NCBI GenBank assembly: GCA_030059665.1
Contig: JANVYR010000001.1
Location: forward strand, 209,184-241,183
Source of the DNA: Candidatus Calditenuis fumarioli
GTDB lineage: Archaea > Thermoproteota > Nitrososphaeria_A > Caldarchaeales > Calditenuaceae
Length of the DNA stretch: 32,000 nt
Reading direction: 5' to 3'
The position numbers and the translations under genes were made by a program. Below are positions 1-7,384 of this stretch, piece after piece (position 1 is the stretch's first letter; the number at the start of each line of letters is the position of its first letter). Below the pieces are notes generated by a model. The model was not told the origin of the DNA. It worked only from the letters and a program-made list of their open reading frames with translations, and searched no databases.

Positions 1-2
1 GT

Positions 3-254
3 ACGGCGCGCGTCGCCTTCGGTAACGAACCGGTGGTGCTGCCCTCAATGCAGGGCTCCGGGCCGCTCTACCTCTTCGCGGAGGTCCTTGAGCAGCCGAC
101 GGTCCTGGCCGGCGTGAGCAGGCGCGACTCCAGGTACCACGCACCCGACGAGAACCTCAGGATCGACGACTACCTCCGCGGGATATTCCACGTCGCTCTC
201 ATGATCGTCAACTTCGTCCCGATGATGAGGTGGGGTGTGATGCCGTACCGGTGA
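3..254 (+). CDS. C-terminal fragment of a gene entering from upstream; M20-type metallopeptidase/deacylase-like tail (tentative)
   Basis: The frame is open from the window edge to TGA at 252-254. The translated tail (..GSGPLYLFAEVLEQPTVLAGVS..RYHAPDENLRIDDYLRGI..) resembles the C-terminal H-x-P-[DN]-E block of M20 peptidases as I recall it; no search was run. It converges on and overlaps the 3' end of the next gene by about 47 nt. Confidence 0.4.
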   Translation, partial: TARVAFGNEPVVLPSMQGSGPLYLFAEVLEQPTVLAGVSRRDSRYHAPDENLRIDDYLRGIFHVALMIVNFVPMMRWGVMPYR

Positions 255-1359
255 TTGCGGGACTGGACTCCCTCGACTTCGCGTTTCTGTAAAGGAGATA
301 GAGCATCCCGGCGAGCGCCGCAGCGCGAACCAGCGCCATAGTCTGCGGCAGCGTCCACGGGTGGGTCGGCCGATCGGTGGTGAACCAGGTAAGGAGGATG
401 TAGACGTTGCTGATTTCGAAGGCCGGCCACAGCACAAGCAGCGGTGGGAGGGCTGCAACGAAGGGAACCATCCAGATGACCATCTGGGGCGTGAAGACGT
501 AGCTCGTGAGGAGCCAGGACCCGATCGCCATCGCACTCTTCTCTAGGAGGCCCGACCTCAGCGAGTAGGACCTGAGCAGGAGGGGAACGAAGAGCGCCAG
601 CCCGAAGAGCTTCGCCGTCGGAGAGAAGGGGTCGCCGAAGATCCAGACGTACCAGGCGTTCTCCAGTCCCCAGCCCGAGTGGTACCGGACGAACTCCGTC
701 ACCCATCCCGGGTTCAGCAGCAAAACGGGCAACGAGGGGACCAGTGCGCCCGCAACGAAAGCGACGAAGACCCGCTTCCGCTCGCCCCTCGCCTCCATCA
801 GGTAGAGGGGAAGTATCAGAACCGACATCAGCTTCGTGGCCGCGGCAACCCCCAGAACCGCGCTCCCGAGGGCGTGCCTGCCACGCGTGAAGAGGAGGAG
901 GGAGAGGGCCAGTAGCGCCGCGAAGAAGTGGTCGAAGTTGTAGATCCCGTACATCACGAGGCTCGGCGAGAGCAGTGCGATCAACGGAAGGTAGGGCTGG
1001 TTCAGGTTCAGTCCGGACGTCGAGTACGCGAGGACGGCGTATGCAGGCAAGCTGATCAGCCCGAATGCGAAATAGTACGGCAGCAGCTCCGGCCCTCCGG
1101 CGAGCCGCGCGAGGTAGACCAGGTAGCAGGCGACCGGCGGGTACTCGAGGAAGTAGCCGATGCAGGGCACCTCGCCGTTCCTGAGGTGCTCCTCCCTGTA
1201 CCAGAAGCTCGCGACGTCGGAGTACACGGTCCACGGCTGCCCGGGCACGTGAAGGAAGAGGCTAAGGGCCCACGATGCGGCGGCTATGTACGGCACCGCG
1301 AATGCAACCGCTTCGAGCACTGGCCCTCTAAGCCGTCTTGCGTCCATCCGGTCCAGCAT
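208..1359 (-). CDS. Polytopic integral membrane protein, GT-C/DUF2029-like glycosyl(mannosyl)transferase (function tentative)
   Basis: 383-codon ORF with many hydrophobic spans (AVAFAVPYIAAASWALSLFL, FGLISLPAYAVLAY, FFAALLALSLLLF, LFGLALFVPLLL). The overall look is that of membrane glycosyltransferases. An alternative ATG at 1347 lies about 26 nt downstream of a GATATATC box at 1373-1380. Confidence 0.75.
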   Translation of the reverse strand: MLDRMDARRLRGPVLEAVAFAVPYIAAASWALSLFLHVPGQPWTVYSDVASFWYREEHLRNGEVPCIGYFLEYPPVACYLVYLARLAGGPELLPYYFAFGLISLPAYAVLAYSTSGLNLNQPYLPLIALLSPSLVMYGIYNFDHFFAALLALSLLLFTRGRHALGSAVLGVAAATKLMSVLILPLYLMEARGERKRVFVAFVAGALVPSLPVLLLNPGWVTEFVRYHSGWGLENAWYVWIFGDPFSPTAKLFGLALFVPLLLRSYSLRSGLLEKSAMAIGSWLLTSYVFTPQMVIWMVPFVAALPPLLVLWPAFEISNVYILLTWFTTDRPTHPWTLPQTMALVRAAALAGMLYLLYRNAKSRESSPAITGTASHPTSSSGRS

Positions 1360-1576
1360 CCCTCCCCCGTCCGATATATCCCTCTGAACTCGGCTTTGCG
1401 CGTGGAGGTCGATCGCAACGGAGTTCAGGGCGACGTCGCTCGGCGCGCCGATCCCGATGTAGACCGCGGTGACCGCTCTCCCCGAGGTGCCATTATATCA
1501 ACGGGACGTTCCGACCTGGTTGAATCCTAATATTCGGTCGTTGTCGGATAACCTGCACGGCGATGAGGTGAGATCG

Positions 1577-1960
1577 ATGCCCGCACAGGCGTTCTACGTC
1601 AAGTTCCAGACGCCCAAGGACGTGGCGAACGCCACACTGGAGGTCATCAAGCTCGTGAGGAACTCGGGTCGATTGAAGAAGGGGATCAACGAGGTGACAC
1701 GTGCGGTGGAGAGGGGCCAGGCGAAGTTCGTCGTGATCGCGGAGGACGTTGACCCACCGGAGATAGTCGCCTTCCTCCCGATACTCTGCGACGAGAAGAG
1801 GGTGCCTTACGTCTACGTTCCGAGCAAGAAGGACCTCGGCGCCGCTGCGGGACTCGAGGTCTCTGCGAGCGCTGTCGCGGTGATCGACCCCGGAGAGGCC
1901 AAGGCTTACCTCGAGGAGCTGGTGAAGAAGGTCAACGAGATAAGGGGTAAGGCGACATGA
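1577..1960 (+). CDS. rpl7ae: 50S ribosomal protein L7Ae (K-turn binding protein)
   Basis: ATG at 1577 is preceded by a GAGGTGA Shine-Dalgarno at 1566-1572. The sequence ..[57 protein letters not shown].. is the canonical L7Ae/L30e core. The track ORF (1469) carries an unlikely N-terminal extension. Confidence 0.95.
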   Translation: MPAQAFYVKFQTPKDVANATLEVIKLVRNSGRLKKGINEVTRAVERGQAKFVVIAEDVDPPEIVAFLPILCDEKRVPYVYVPSKKDLGAAAGLEVSASAVAVIDPGEAKAYLEELVKKVNEIRGKAT

Positions 1961-2187
1961 GCACGAAGGAGAAGGCCCCGCCCAAGGTGGAGGAACCGGT
2001 CCCAGCGGTGGTCGAGCACATAGTGGGCCGGACCGGCGTATACGGCGACATCACCCAGGTCCGCGTCAGGATACTTGAGGGCAAGGACGCCGGAAGGGTT
2101 CTGACGCGCAACGTGAGGGGACCTGTGAGGGTTGGCGACGTGCTGATGCTCCTGGACGCCGAGCGCGAGGCGGAGAAGATCAAGTGA
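1957..2187 (+). CDS. rps28e: 30S ribosomal protein S28e
   Basis: ATGA start/stop overlap with rpl7ae at 1957-1960. The S28e core is present: ..[53 protein letters not shown].. Confidence 0.95.
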   Translation: MSTKEKAPPKVEEPVPAVVEHIVGRTGVYGDITQVRVRILEGKDAGRVLTRNVRGPVRVGDVLMLLDAEREAEKIK

Positions 2188-2193
2188 TCGGAG

Positions 2194-2385
2194 ATGCCGA
2201 CCATGCACAGATGCGCCTTCTGCGGCCGCGAGTTCCCCCACGGGGTCGGTACCCTCTACGTCAAGCGAGATGGATCCCTCCTTTGGTTCTGCAGCAGGAA
2301 GTGCCGCGTTTACATGATCGAGCAGAGGAAGGATCCGAGGAAGCTGAGGTGGACGGTGGCAGGCTCCAAGTCAAGGACCGGCTGA
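2194..2385 (+). CDS. rpl24e: 50S ribosomal protein L24e
   Basis: C-x2-C zinc-ribbon start (HRCAFCGREFPHGVGTLYVKRDGSLLWFCSRKC) typical of L24e. It sits third in the conserved archaeal L7Ae-S28e-L24e string. Confidence 0.95.
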   Translation: MPTMHRCAFCGREFPHGVGTLYVKRDGSLLWFCSRKCRVYMIEQRKDPRKLRWTVAGSKSRTG

Positions 2386-2395
2386 AGGAGTTTCA

Positions 2396-3292
2396 TCACT
2401 CCTCTATCCTGAGCTCCCTTCCCGAACTGATGAGCTCTGGCTTCTCGAGCAGTTGGATGATCAGCTTGGGCACGTCGCCCCTACGCTTGAGCACCGAGGC
2501 GAGCCTCTTCATGACGCTCCTCGTCCTCTCGTTGAGCCACACGACATCAGACCCTTTCGCCCTCTCGAGGTACTCGTTCCCCATCTTCACCAGCACCTCC
2601 CTATCTATCCTGCCCCGAGCGTAGGCTATGCCGAGCAGTCCGATGTAGACGATCGGCCTCTCGCGCTCCGGAAGCCGGTCCCGCTCGGCCACCAGGTGCT
2701 CGAAGAACTCGGTGTACTCGTCGATCACCACGGATTCTTCTGCTGCCGCGCTGCGGGGGGCCTCCGTCGTGACGGCCTCTCCTTTCACGGGGGGCTCCGT
2801 TGGTCTCAGTGCGGTGCGCGGTGGCTCGGCGGTGGTAGCGGCGGGCTTCGGTGCGGTCTCCTCGGGAACCGTTTGCACAGGTGGCGGACCGGCATCGGCC
2901 ACGTTCCCTTGCAGCACCAGCGAGCACCACCTGACCTCCTTGTGCGTGAGCTTCGCCCTCTCGTACGACATCATCAGGAACGTGACGAGCTTCGTGACCG
3001 ACGGCTCCGAGAAGACCTCGGAATAGGACTGGAAGAACTCGTTCGGGTAGTTCGATTCCAGGGCGTTCAGTAAAATCCTCCTGATGCCGTCGTAGTACCT
3101 CGTCATCAGGTCAAGGTACGTCGCACGGTCCACGATGCCCATGAGCAGGTTGCGCGTCACGTGGACCATCGCGTCCCTGATGACCTCGAGCTCCCTCAGG
3201 CTCGAAATCCATTCCTCCCGGAGGCCGCCGACCTCAGGGAACTCCGCCTGCCCCGTTCTGCCGGTCGTCCTCTCCCTTACCGCCACCGGCAT
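2396..3292 (-). CDS. Hypothetical two-domain protein with a Pro/Thr/Ala-rich linker
   Basis: 298-codon ORF starting at ATG 3292. Two globular-looking halves are joined by a low-complexity linker (..AGPPPVQTVPEETAPKPAATTAEPPRTALRPTEPPVKGEAVTTEAPRSAAAEE..). I recognise no family. Confidence 0.65.
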   Translation of the reverse strand: MPVAVRERTTGRTGQAEFPEVGGLREEWISSLRELEVIRDAMVHVTRNLLMGIVDRATYLDLMTRYYDGIRRILLNALESNYPNEFFQSYSEVFSEPSVTKLVTFLMMSYERAKLTHKEVRWCSLVLQGNVADAGPPPVQTVPEETAPKPAATTAEPPRTALRPTEPPVKGEAVTTEAPRSAAAEESVVIDEYTEFFEHLVAERDRLPERERPIVYIGLLGIAYARGRIDREVLVKMGNEYLERAKGSDVVWLNERTRSVMKRLASVLKRRGDVPKLIIQLLEKPELISSGRELRIEE

Positions 3293-3303
3293 GAAGAATG
3301 GGG

Positions 3304-3320
3304 TTTATGATATAAATTTT
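3304..3320 (-). promoter_or_regulatory. AT-rich TATA-like box upstream of the 2396-3292 gene
   Basis: The minus strand reads AAAATTTATATCATAAA, centred about 21 nt upstream of ATG 3292. This is the only AT-rich patch in the 53-nt ndk/hypothetical spacer. Confidence 0.4.
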
Positions 3321-3345
3321 GCACGCAGGGTTATCGGGTGGATCC

Positions 3346-3789
3346 TCAGGCCACCAGATCCGACTCGCTGAAGAAGATCCGGTGTTCGTACTCGTAGCTC
3401 TCGGCGCTGTCAGAGGCGTGGACCAGGTTGTCGGTTATGTCGAGGCCGAAATCTCCCCTGATGGTTCCAGGCTCCGCGTTGACGGGGTCCGTGGCGCCCA
3501 GCATCTTCCTGACCACCGAGATCGCTGACCTCCCCTCCAGGACCATCACGACGACCCTTCTGCCGGCGATGGTGGAGACCAGCTGTTCGTAGAAGTGCTT
3601 GCCCCTGTGGACGGCGTAGAGCCGCTCGGCGTCCTCCCGCCGCATCCTGATCAGCTTCATCGCCACCACTTTCAGCCCCTTCCTCTCGAACCTCGAGATG
3701 ATCTCGCCCATCAGGCCGCGCTCGACGGCGCTCGGCTTCAGCATAACGAACGTCCTCTCGCTCACAACAGGCCCTCCTACGGTCTGCAT
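3346..3789 (-). CDS. ndk: Nucleoside diphosphate kinase
   Basis: ERTFVMLKPSAVERGLMGEIISRFERKGLKVVAMK.., GTIRGDF, and the active-site NLVHASDS histidine motif. Confidence 0.95.
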   Translation of the reverse strand: MQTVGGPVVSERTFVMLKPSAVERGLMGEIISRFERKGLKVVAMKLIRMRREDAERLYAVHRGKHFYEQLVSTIAGRRVVVMVLEGRSAISVVRKMLGATDPVNAEPGTIRGDFGLDITDNLVHASDSAESYEYEHRIFFSESDLVA

Positions 3790-3841
3790 TTAATGATGAC
3801 ATGAGCCCCTCTCAGGTACCGAAATTAAGCACCGCTACCGG

Positions 3842-4192
3842 GTGAGCGCGGTGACCAGGGTAAGGGTCTTCAGGGTGACGGCCTACAACGACCCCGACAC
3901 GGGGAGGCCCGGGAAGGTCATCGAGCTGGTCGAGGTCAGGAGCACGTACCAGCAGGCAGCCAGGGGAGTTGTGTCCGAGGAGTTCGTGATGGCCCAGCAG
4001 CTCTTCCAGTCCCTGATGACGCAGCTCCAGTCGATGGGGTTCGTCCCGGTCCAGCGCGACCGCTTCCTGCCCAAGATCGTCCTGTACCTCACCGAGGAGG
4101 AGTACGAGAGGCTCGGTGTGAGGTTCGAGGTGAACGAGGAGTTCGAGCTGGTCCTCGAGGAAGGCAGGTTGATCTTCAGGAAGGTTCCGTGA
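3842..4192 (+). CDS. Small conserved-looking hypothetical protein (116 aa)
   Basis: GTG start at 3842. The composition is clean and non-repetitive, coding-like (..VIELVEVRSTYQQAARGVVSEEFVMAQQLFQSLMTQLQSMGFVPV..). No family recognised. Confidence 0.6.
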   Translation: MSAVTRVRVFRVTAYNDPDTGRPGKVIELVEVRSTYQQAARGVVSEEFVMAQQLFQSLMTQLQSMGFVPVQRDRFLPKIVLYLTEEEYERLGVRFEVNEEFELVLEEGRLIFRKVP

Positions 4193-4198
4193 TGGGCG

Positions 4199-4333
4199 AT
4201 GAGGTTCAGGTGCGTCATCTGCAGGATAGAGGTCGAGGCGGTCCACGCGGAGGACAGGGGCGACAAATACTACGTCATCTGCCCGAGGGGCCACGAGCAG
4301 TACGTCAGGAAGGGGAGCGTCACCGGTGCGTGA
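4199..4333 (+). CDS. 44-aa zinc-ribbon-like mini-protein (not in ORF track)
   Basis: Hand translation gives MRFRCVICRIEVEAVHAEDRGDKYYVICPRGHEQYVRKGSVTGA, with a CxxC...CxxxH ligand pattern. The ATG lies 6 nt after the stop of the 3842-4192 gene. The 3' end overlaps the convergent gltX stop region by 14 nt. Confidence 0.45.
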   Translation: MRFRCVICRIEVEAVHAEDRGDKYYVICPRGHEQYVRKGSVTGA

Positions 4334-6056
4334 AGACGAACACCGGCTCCTCGTCCGAGTCCCGGACGCAGTAACCGAACCTCTCGAACTGGACCCTATC
4401 GCCTCTCTTGAGGTTCAGGACGTTTCGCTCCGCGTACCCCTCAACCACCCGCAGGCTCTCCTCGTTGAAGGCGCCGTCCGGACCGAAGAGCGGCCCCGGC
4501 ACGAGGACCCTCACGGGAACCGCCGATTCGACCGGCACCCACTGGACCACCCTCATCCCGGGCTCGGGTGGACCGGGCAGCGCCTCGCCGAGGGCCCTCC
4601 CGTCTCCTATCTCGAGGACCCTCACGTTGGCCAGGTGCTTGAGCCGAAGAACTCCTCCAACGCCCACCTCGAGCAGGTCCTGGAACCTCACGTACAGCTC
4701 CCCTGAGGCCCTAATCTTCCTCGTCCCCATGTGACCCTCCGGGTGGAGCGGCAGCTCGACCTCGACGGGCTCAAAGCCGCGCAACTTCAGCAGAGCTGGG
4801 CCGTCTACGAAGAACATCCGTGGCGTGGTTCCGTCGATTAGGCGCCTGTTGATGGCGTGCAGCAGTTCCCACGAGTAGACCTTCCGGCTTTGGGTCATGG
4901 CCACGTACCTCAGGACGAACTCCCTCAGCGCCTCCGGCACTATCCCCCTCCGCCTGATCGCCGCCACGGTCGCGAGCCTCGGGTCGTCCCATCCTCCGAT
5001 CACGCCCTTCTCGATCAGCGCCCTGATCTCCCTCCTCGCCACCGGCGTGCCCTCGAACTCGAACCTCTCGTACTCGACGTAGGTCGGGTTGGGCATCCCC
5101 AGGTAGCTCCTGATCAGGTCCTGCAGCTCGTTCCTCAGCGCGAACTCGGAGGTGCGCAGGACGTGCGTCACCCCGCAGACGGCGTCCTCTATGCTGACGG
5201 CGAAGTCGTACGTCGGCCATACGTGATAGCGATCGCCCTTCAGGGGGTGCGGGTGGTCGACGATCCGCATGATCACCGGGTCCCGGAGGGTTGTGTTGGC
5301 TGACCTCATGTCCCCCATCAGCCTGAGCGAGACCTCGCCCTCACCGAACCTGCCCGAGAGCATGCCGTCCCACATCTCGAGGTGCCACTCCCTCTCCCTG
5401 GACCGGTGCTCGCACTCGACGCCCTCAGCCCTGAGCCTCCTCATCCGCTCCCTGTCGCACGTGCATGCGTACGCCTTCCCCTCCTCTATCAGCCGCCTGG
5501 CGTGCTCGTAGAAGAGCTCCATGTCGTCGCTGTTGTTCTTCTCGTGATCCCACCTGATCCCGACCCACGAGTACCCGTCCCTGTAGGAGTCGTAGTACTC
5601 CGGTCTCACCTTCCTCGGATCCGTGTCCTCGAACCGGAGCCAGAGCTTGCCGCCGTACATCTCCTTGTAGAGGTAGTTGAGGAGCCCGCTCAGCGCGTGG
5701 CCTATGTGCATGAACCCGCTGGGCTCCGGCGGCAGCCTCGTCACCACGTTCCCCTTCACGGCGTTCGGCAGCGGCGGCAGCGTCCTCCTCTCCTCCCTCG
5801 CCCTCCGCTCGGTCAGAAGCGACGGGTCTATCTCCGAAAGGGCCTGCGCTATCTCCTCGAGGCTCATGGCGTTCACTCGCTCCACCACGGCCTTCACCTC
5901 CCGGAGCAGGAACGACATCGCCGCCTTCGCCCCCGGGTCCTCCGCCACGACCTTCGCTATCACTGGCTTCTCCTGGGCCCTGCCGCCGTGGTCGAGCGCG
6001 TTCTTCAACGCCCACTTGTAGAGCAGTAGCCGGAGCCTCGACTCGTCCGTTACCAT
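4320..6056 (-). CDS. gltX: Glutamyl-tRNA synthetase (archaeal/eukaryal-type class I GluRS)
   Basis: 578 aa. The HIGH motif is in context (PEPSGFMHIGHALSG), followed by a Glx-RS catalytic core (LRFEDTDP, TYDFAVSIEDAVCGVTHVLR) and a C-terminal anticodon-binding beta-barrel-like region. Confidence 0.95.
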   Translation of the reverse strand: MVTDESRLRLLLYKWALKNALDHGGRAQEKPVIAKVVAEDPGAKAAMSFLLREVKAVVERVNAMSLEEIAQALSEIDPSLLTERRAREERRTLPPLPNAVKGNVVTRLPPEPSGFMHIGHALSGLLNYLYKEMYGGKLWLRFEDTDPRKVRPEYYDSYRDGYSWVGIRWDHEKNNSDDMELFYEHARRLIEEGKAYACTCDRERMRRLRAEGVECEHRSREREWHLEMWDGMLSGRFGEGEVSLRLMGDMRSANTTLRDPVIMRIVDHPHPLKGDRYHVWPTYDFAVSIEDAVCGVTHVLRTSEFALRNELQDLIRSYLGMPNPTYVEYERFEFEGTPVARREIRALIEKGVIGGWDDPRLATVAAIRRRGIVPEALREFVLRYVAMTQSRKVYSWELLHAINRRLIDGTTPRMFFVDGPALLKLRGFEPVEVELPLHPEGHMGTRKIRASGELYVRFQDLLEVGVGGVLRLKHLANVRVLEIGDGRALGEALPGPPEPGMRVVQWVPVESAVPVRVLVPGPLFGPDGAFNEESLRVVEGYAERNVLNLKRGDRVQFERFGYCVRDSDEEPVFVFTHR

Positions 6057-6066
6057 CCCGATCGGT

Positions 6067-7278
6067 TCACCCGTGGGCCGTCGTCGAGACGATCTTGATC
6101 ACGTCCCTGTCCTTCAGCCTGTAGTCCGCCGGGAGCCTGAGGCCTGTCCTGACGTCGATGGCGTACAGCAGGCCCTTCGCGAGGTCCTTGTGGATCCGCT
6201 CGGCGAGGTCCCTCACCGTCGCATCAGCGGGCACGAGGAACGCGTCGGGCAGCACGTTCCCCTGCCTGTCGGTCAGCGTCCGGACGTCGTAGACCGGATA
6301 GACCACGTTCATCCTTAGCAGCTTGAAGACAGCGACGTTGATCGCGAACTGGACACCGGTGCGCATGTACTTCCCGAAGACGCGCTCGTTGATGACGTCG
6401 AGCGCCCACCTCTGCTGCTCCGTCAGCGCGCTCCCTCCGGTGATCACGAACTTCTCCTCGCCCGGCTTGTACCTGATCAGCCCCTTCTGCTCGGCCCTCC
6501 TGAGGATCAGCTCCGCCTCGGCGCTCACCGGAACCACTATCCTGTCGGGGAACTTCTCCACCAGCTCCTGGTAGAACTTCTCCGATCCCTCGACGTCTAT
6601 CTTGTTGGCCACGATTATCGTCGGCTTGGTCACCTCCCTCAGCACCTGCGCGAATTTCCTGTCGTCGTTCATGTTCCAGTTCTCGAAGTCCTTGTTGCTC
6701 AGCCCCGCCAGCCGCAACGCCATCTCGATGTGCTGCTCCGTAACCCTCATCCCCCTCAGCGGTTCAGCCATCGCCTCCGGCAGGGACTTCCCTGACCTGA
6801 GGGCCCTCGATATCCGCTCCTCGTTCCTCTCGAGCACCTTCATCAGCCATATCACCAGCTCCTCCTCGATGTCGTACACGTCTGCCACCGGGTTGCCCTT
6901 CCCTGGCTCCGTCAGCCTTCCCTCCTCGTCGACGCTGGCCGACGCGTCGACCACGTGGAGCAGCGCGTCCGACTGGGATGCCACCGAGAGGAACTGGTTG
7001 CCGAGCCCCTTCCCGGCCCACGCTCCCTTGATCAGCCCAGGAAGGTCTATCAGCTCGAGCGGGAGGTACCGCCAGCCGTCGACGCACGGCGCCGACTTGG
7101 GGTTGCACTTCACGTTGAACTCGCTGTCCACGCATGGGCTCAGCGCGTATGCTATGCCGTAGTTAGGCTGCTTAGTGGTGAAGGGGTAGGTGGAGACCTC
7201 GGCCGACTGGAGGGTGGCCGCGTTGAAGAACGTGGTCTTGCCGGTGTTGGTCTTCCCTATCAGGCCGAGACGGATCAA
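6067..7278 (-). CDS. Obg-family GTPase of the YchF/DRG type with C-terminal TGS domain
   Basis: TTG start. G1 P-loop GLIGKTNTGKTTFFNAAT, G3 DLPGLIKGA, G4 NKID, and a C-terminal TGS-like tail (..LKDRDVIKIVS). Confidence 0.9.
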   Translation of the reverse strand: MIRLGLIGKTNTGKTTFFNAATLQSAEVSTYPFTTKQPNYGIAYALSPCVDSEFNVKCNPKSAPCVDGWRYLPLELIDLPGLIKGAWAGKGLGNQFLSVASQSDALLHVVDASASVDEEGRLTEPGKGNPVADVYDIEEELVIWLMKVLERNEERISRALRSGKSLPEAMAEPLRGMRVTEQHIEMALRLAGLSNKDFENWNMNDDRKFAQVLREVTKPTIIVANKIDVEGSEKFYQELVEKFPDRIVVPVSAEAELILRRAEQKGLIRYKPGEEKFVITGGSALTEQQRWALDVINERVFGKYMRTGVQFAINVAVFKLLRMNVVYPVYDVRTLTDRQGNVLPDAFLVPADATVRDLAERIHKDLAKGLLYAIDVRTGLRLPADYRLKDRDVIKIVSTTAHG

Positions 7279-7316
7279 GCCCTGTGCTACCTGTCCCAGC
7301 TCGACTAATAAGTGAT

Positions 7317-7333
7317 GGTCCGGCCTGCGGACC
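7317..7333 (-). terminator. Hairpin downstream of the oxidase operon (possible terminator element)
   Basis: GGTCCG-gcctg-CGGACC, a 6-bp perfect stem about 50 nt past the stop at 7385. It lies just upstream (minus sense) of a CTTATTAG TATA-like box at 7304-7312 that fits the GTPase gene. Confidence 0.3.
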
Positions 7334-7384
7334 GTGGCTTATCGGTGGCACAGGTCTGCCGAGAAAATCGCGTGGGGGTCGGCC

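Noticed and set aside
1561-1576. CGAUGAGGUGAGAUCG hairpin with GA dinucleotides just upstream of the rpl7ae ATG (possible autoregulatory K-turn or K-loop)
   Set aside because: The bulge and loop geometry does not fit a K-turn: there is no 3-nt bulge next to tandem G.A pairs, and the loop would be only 3 nt. GAGGTGA is fully explained as the Shine-Dalgarno sequence.
3793-3799. ATGATGA, a box C-like motif in the ndk/3842 intergenic spacer (possible C/D sRNA)
   Set aside because: There is no CTGA (box D or D') and no C' box within the following ~70 nt on that strand, and no terminal stem.
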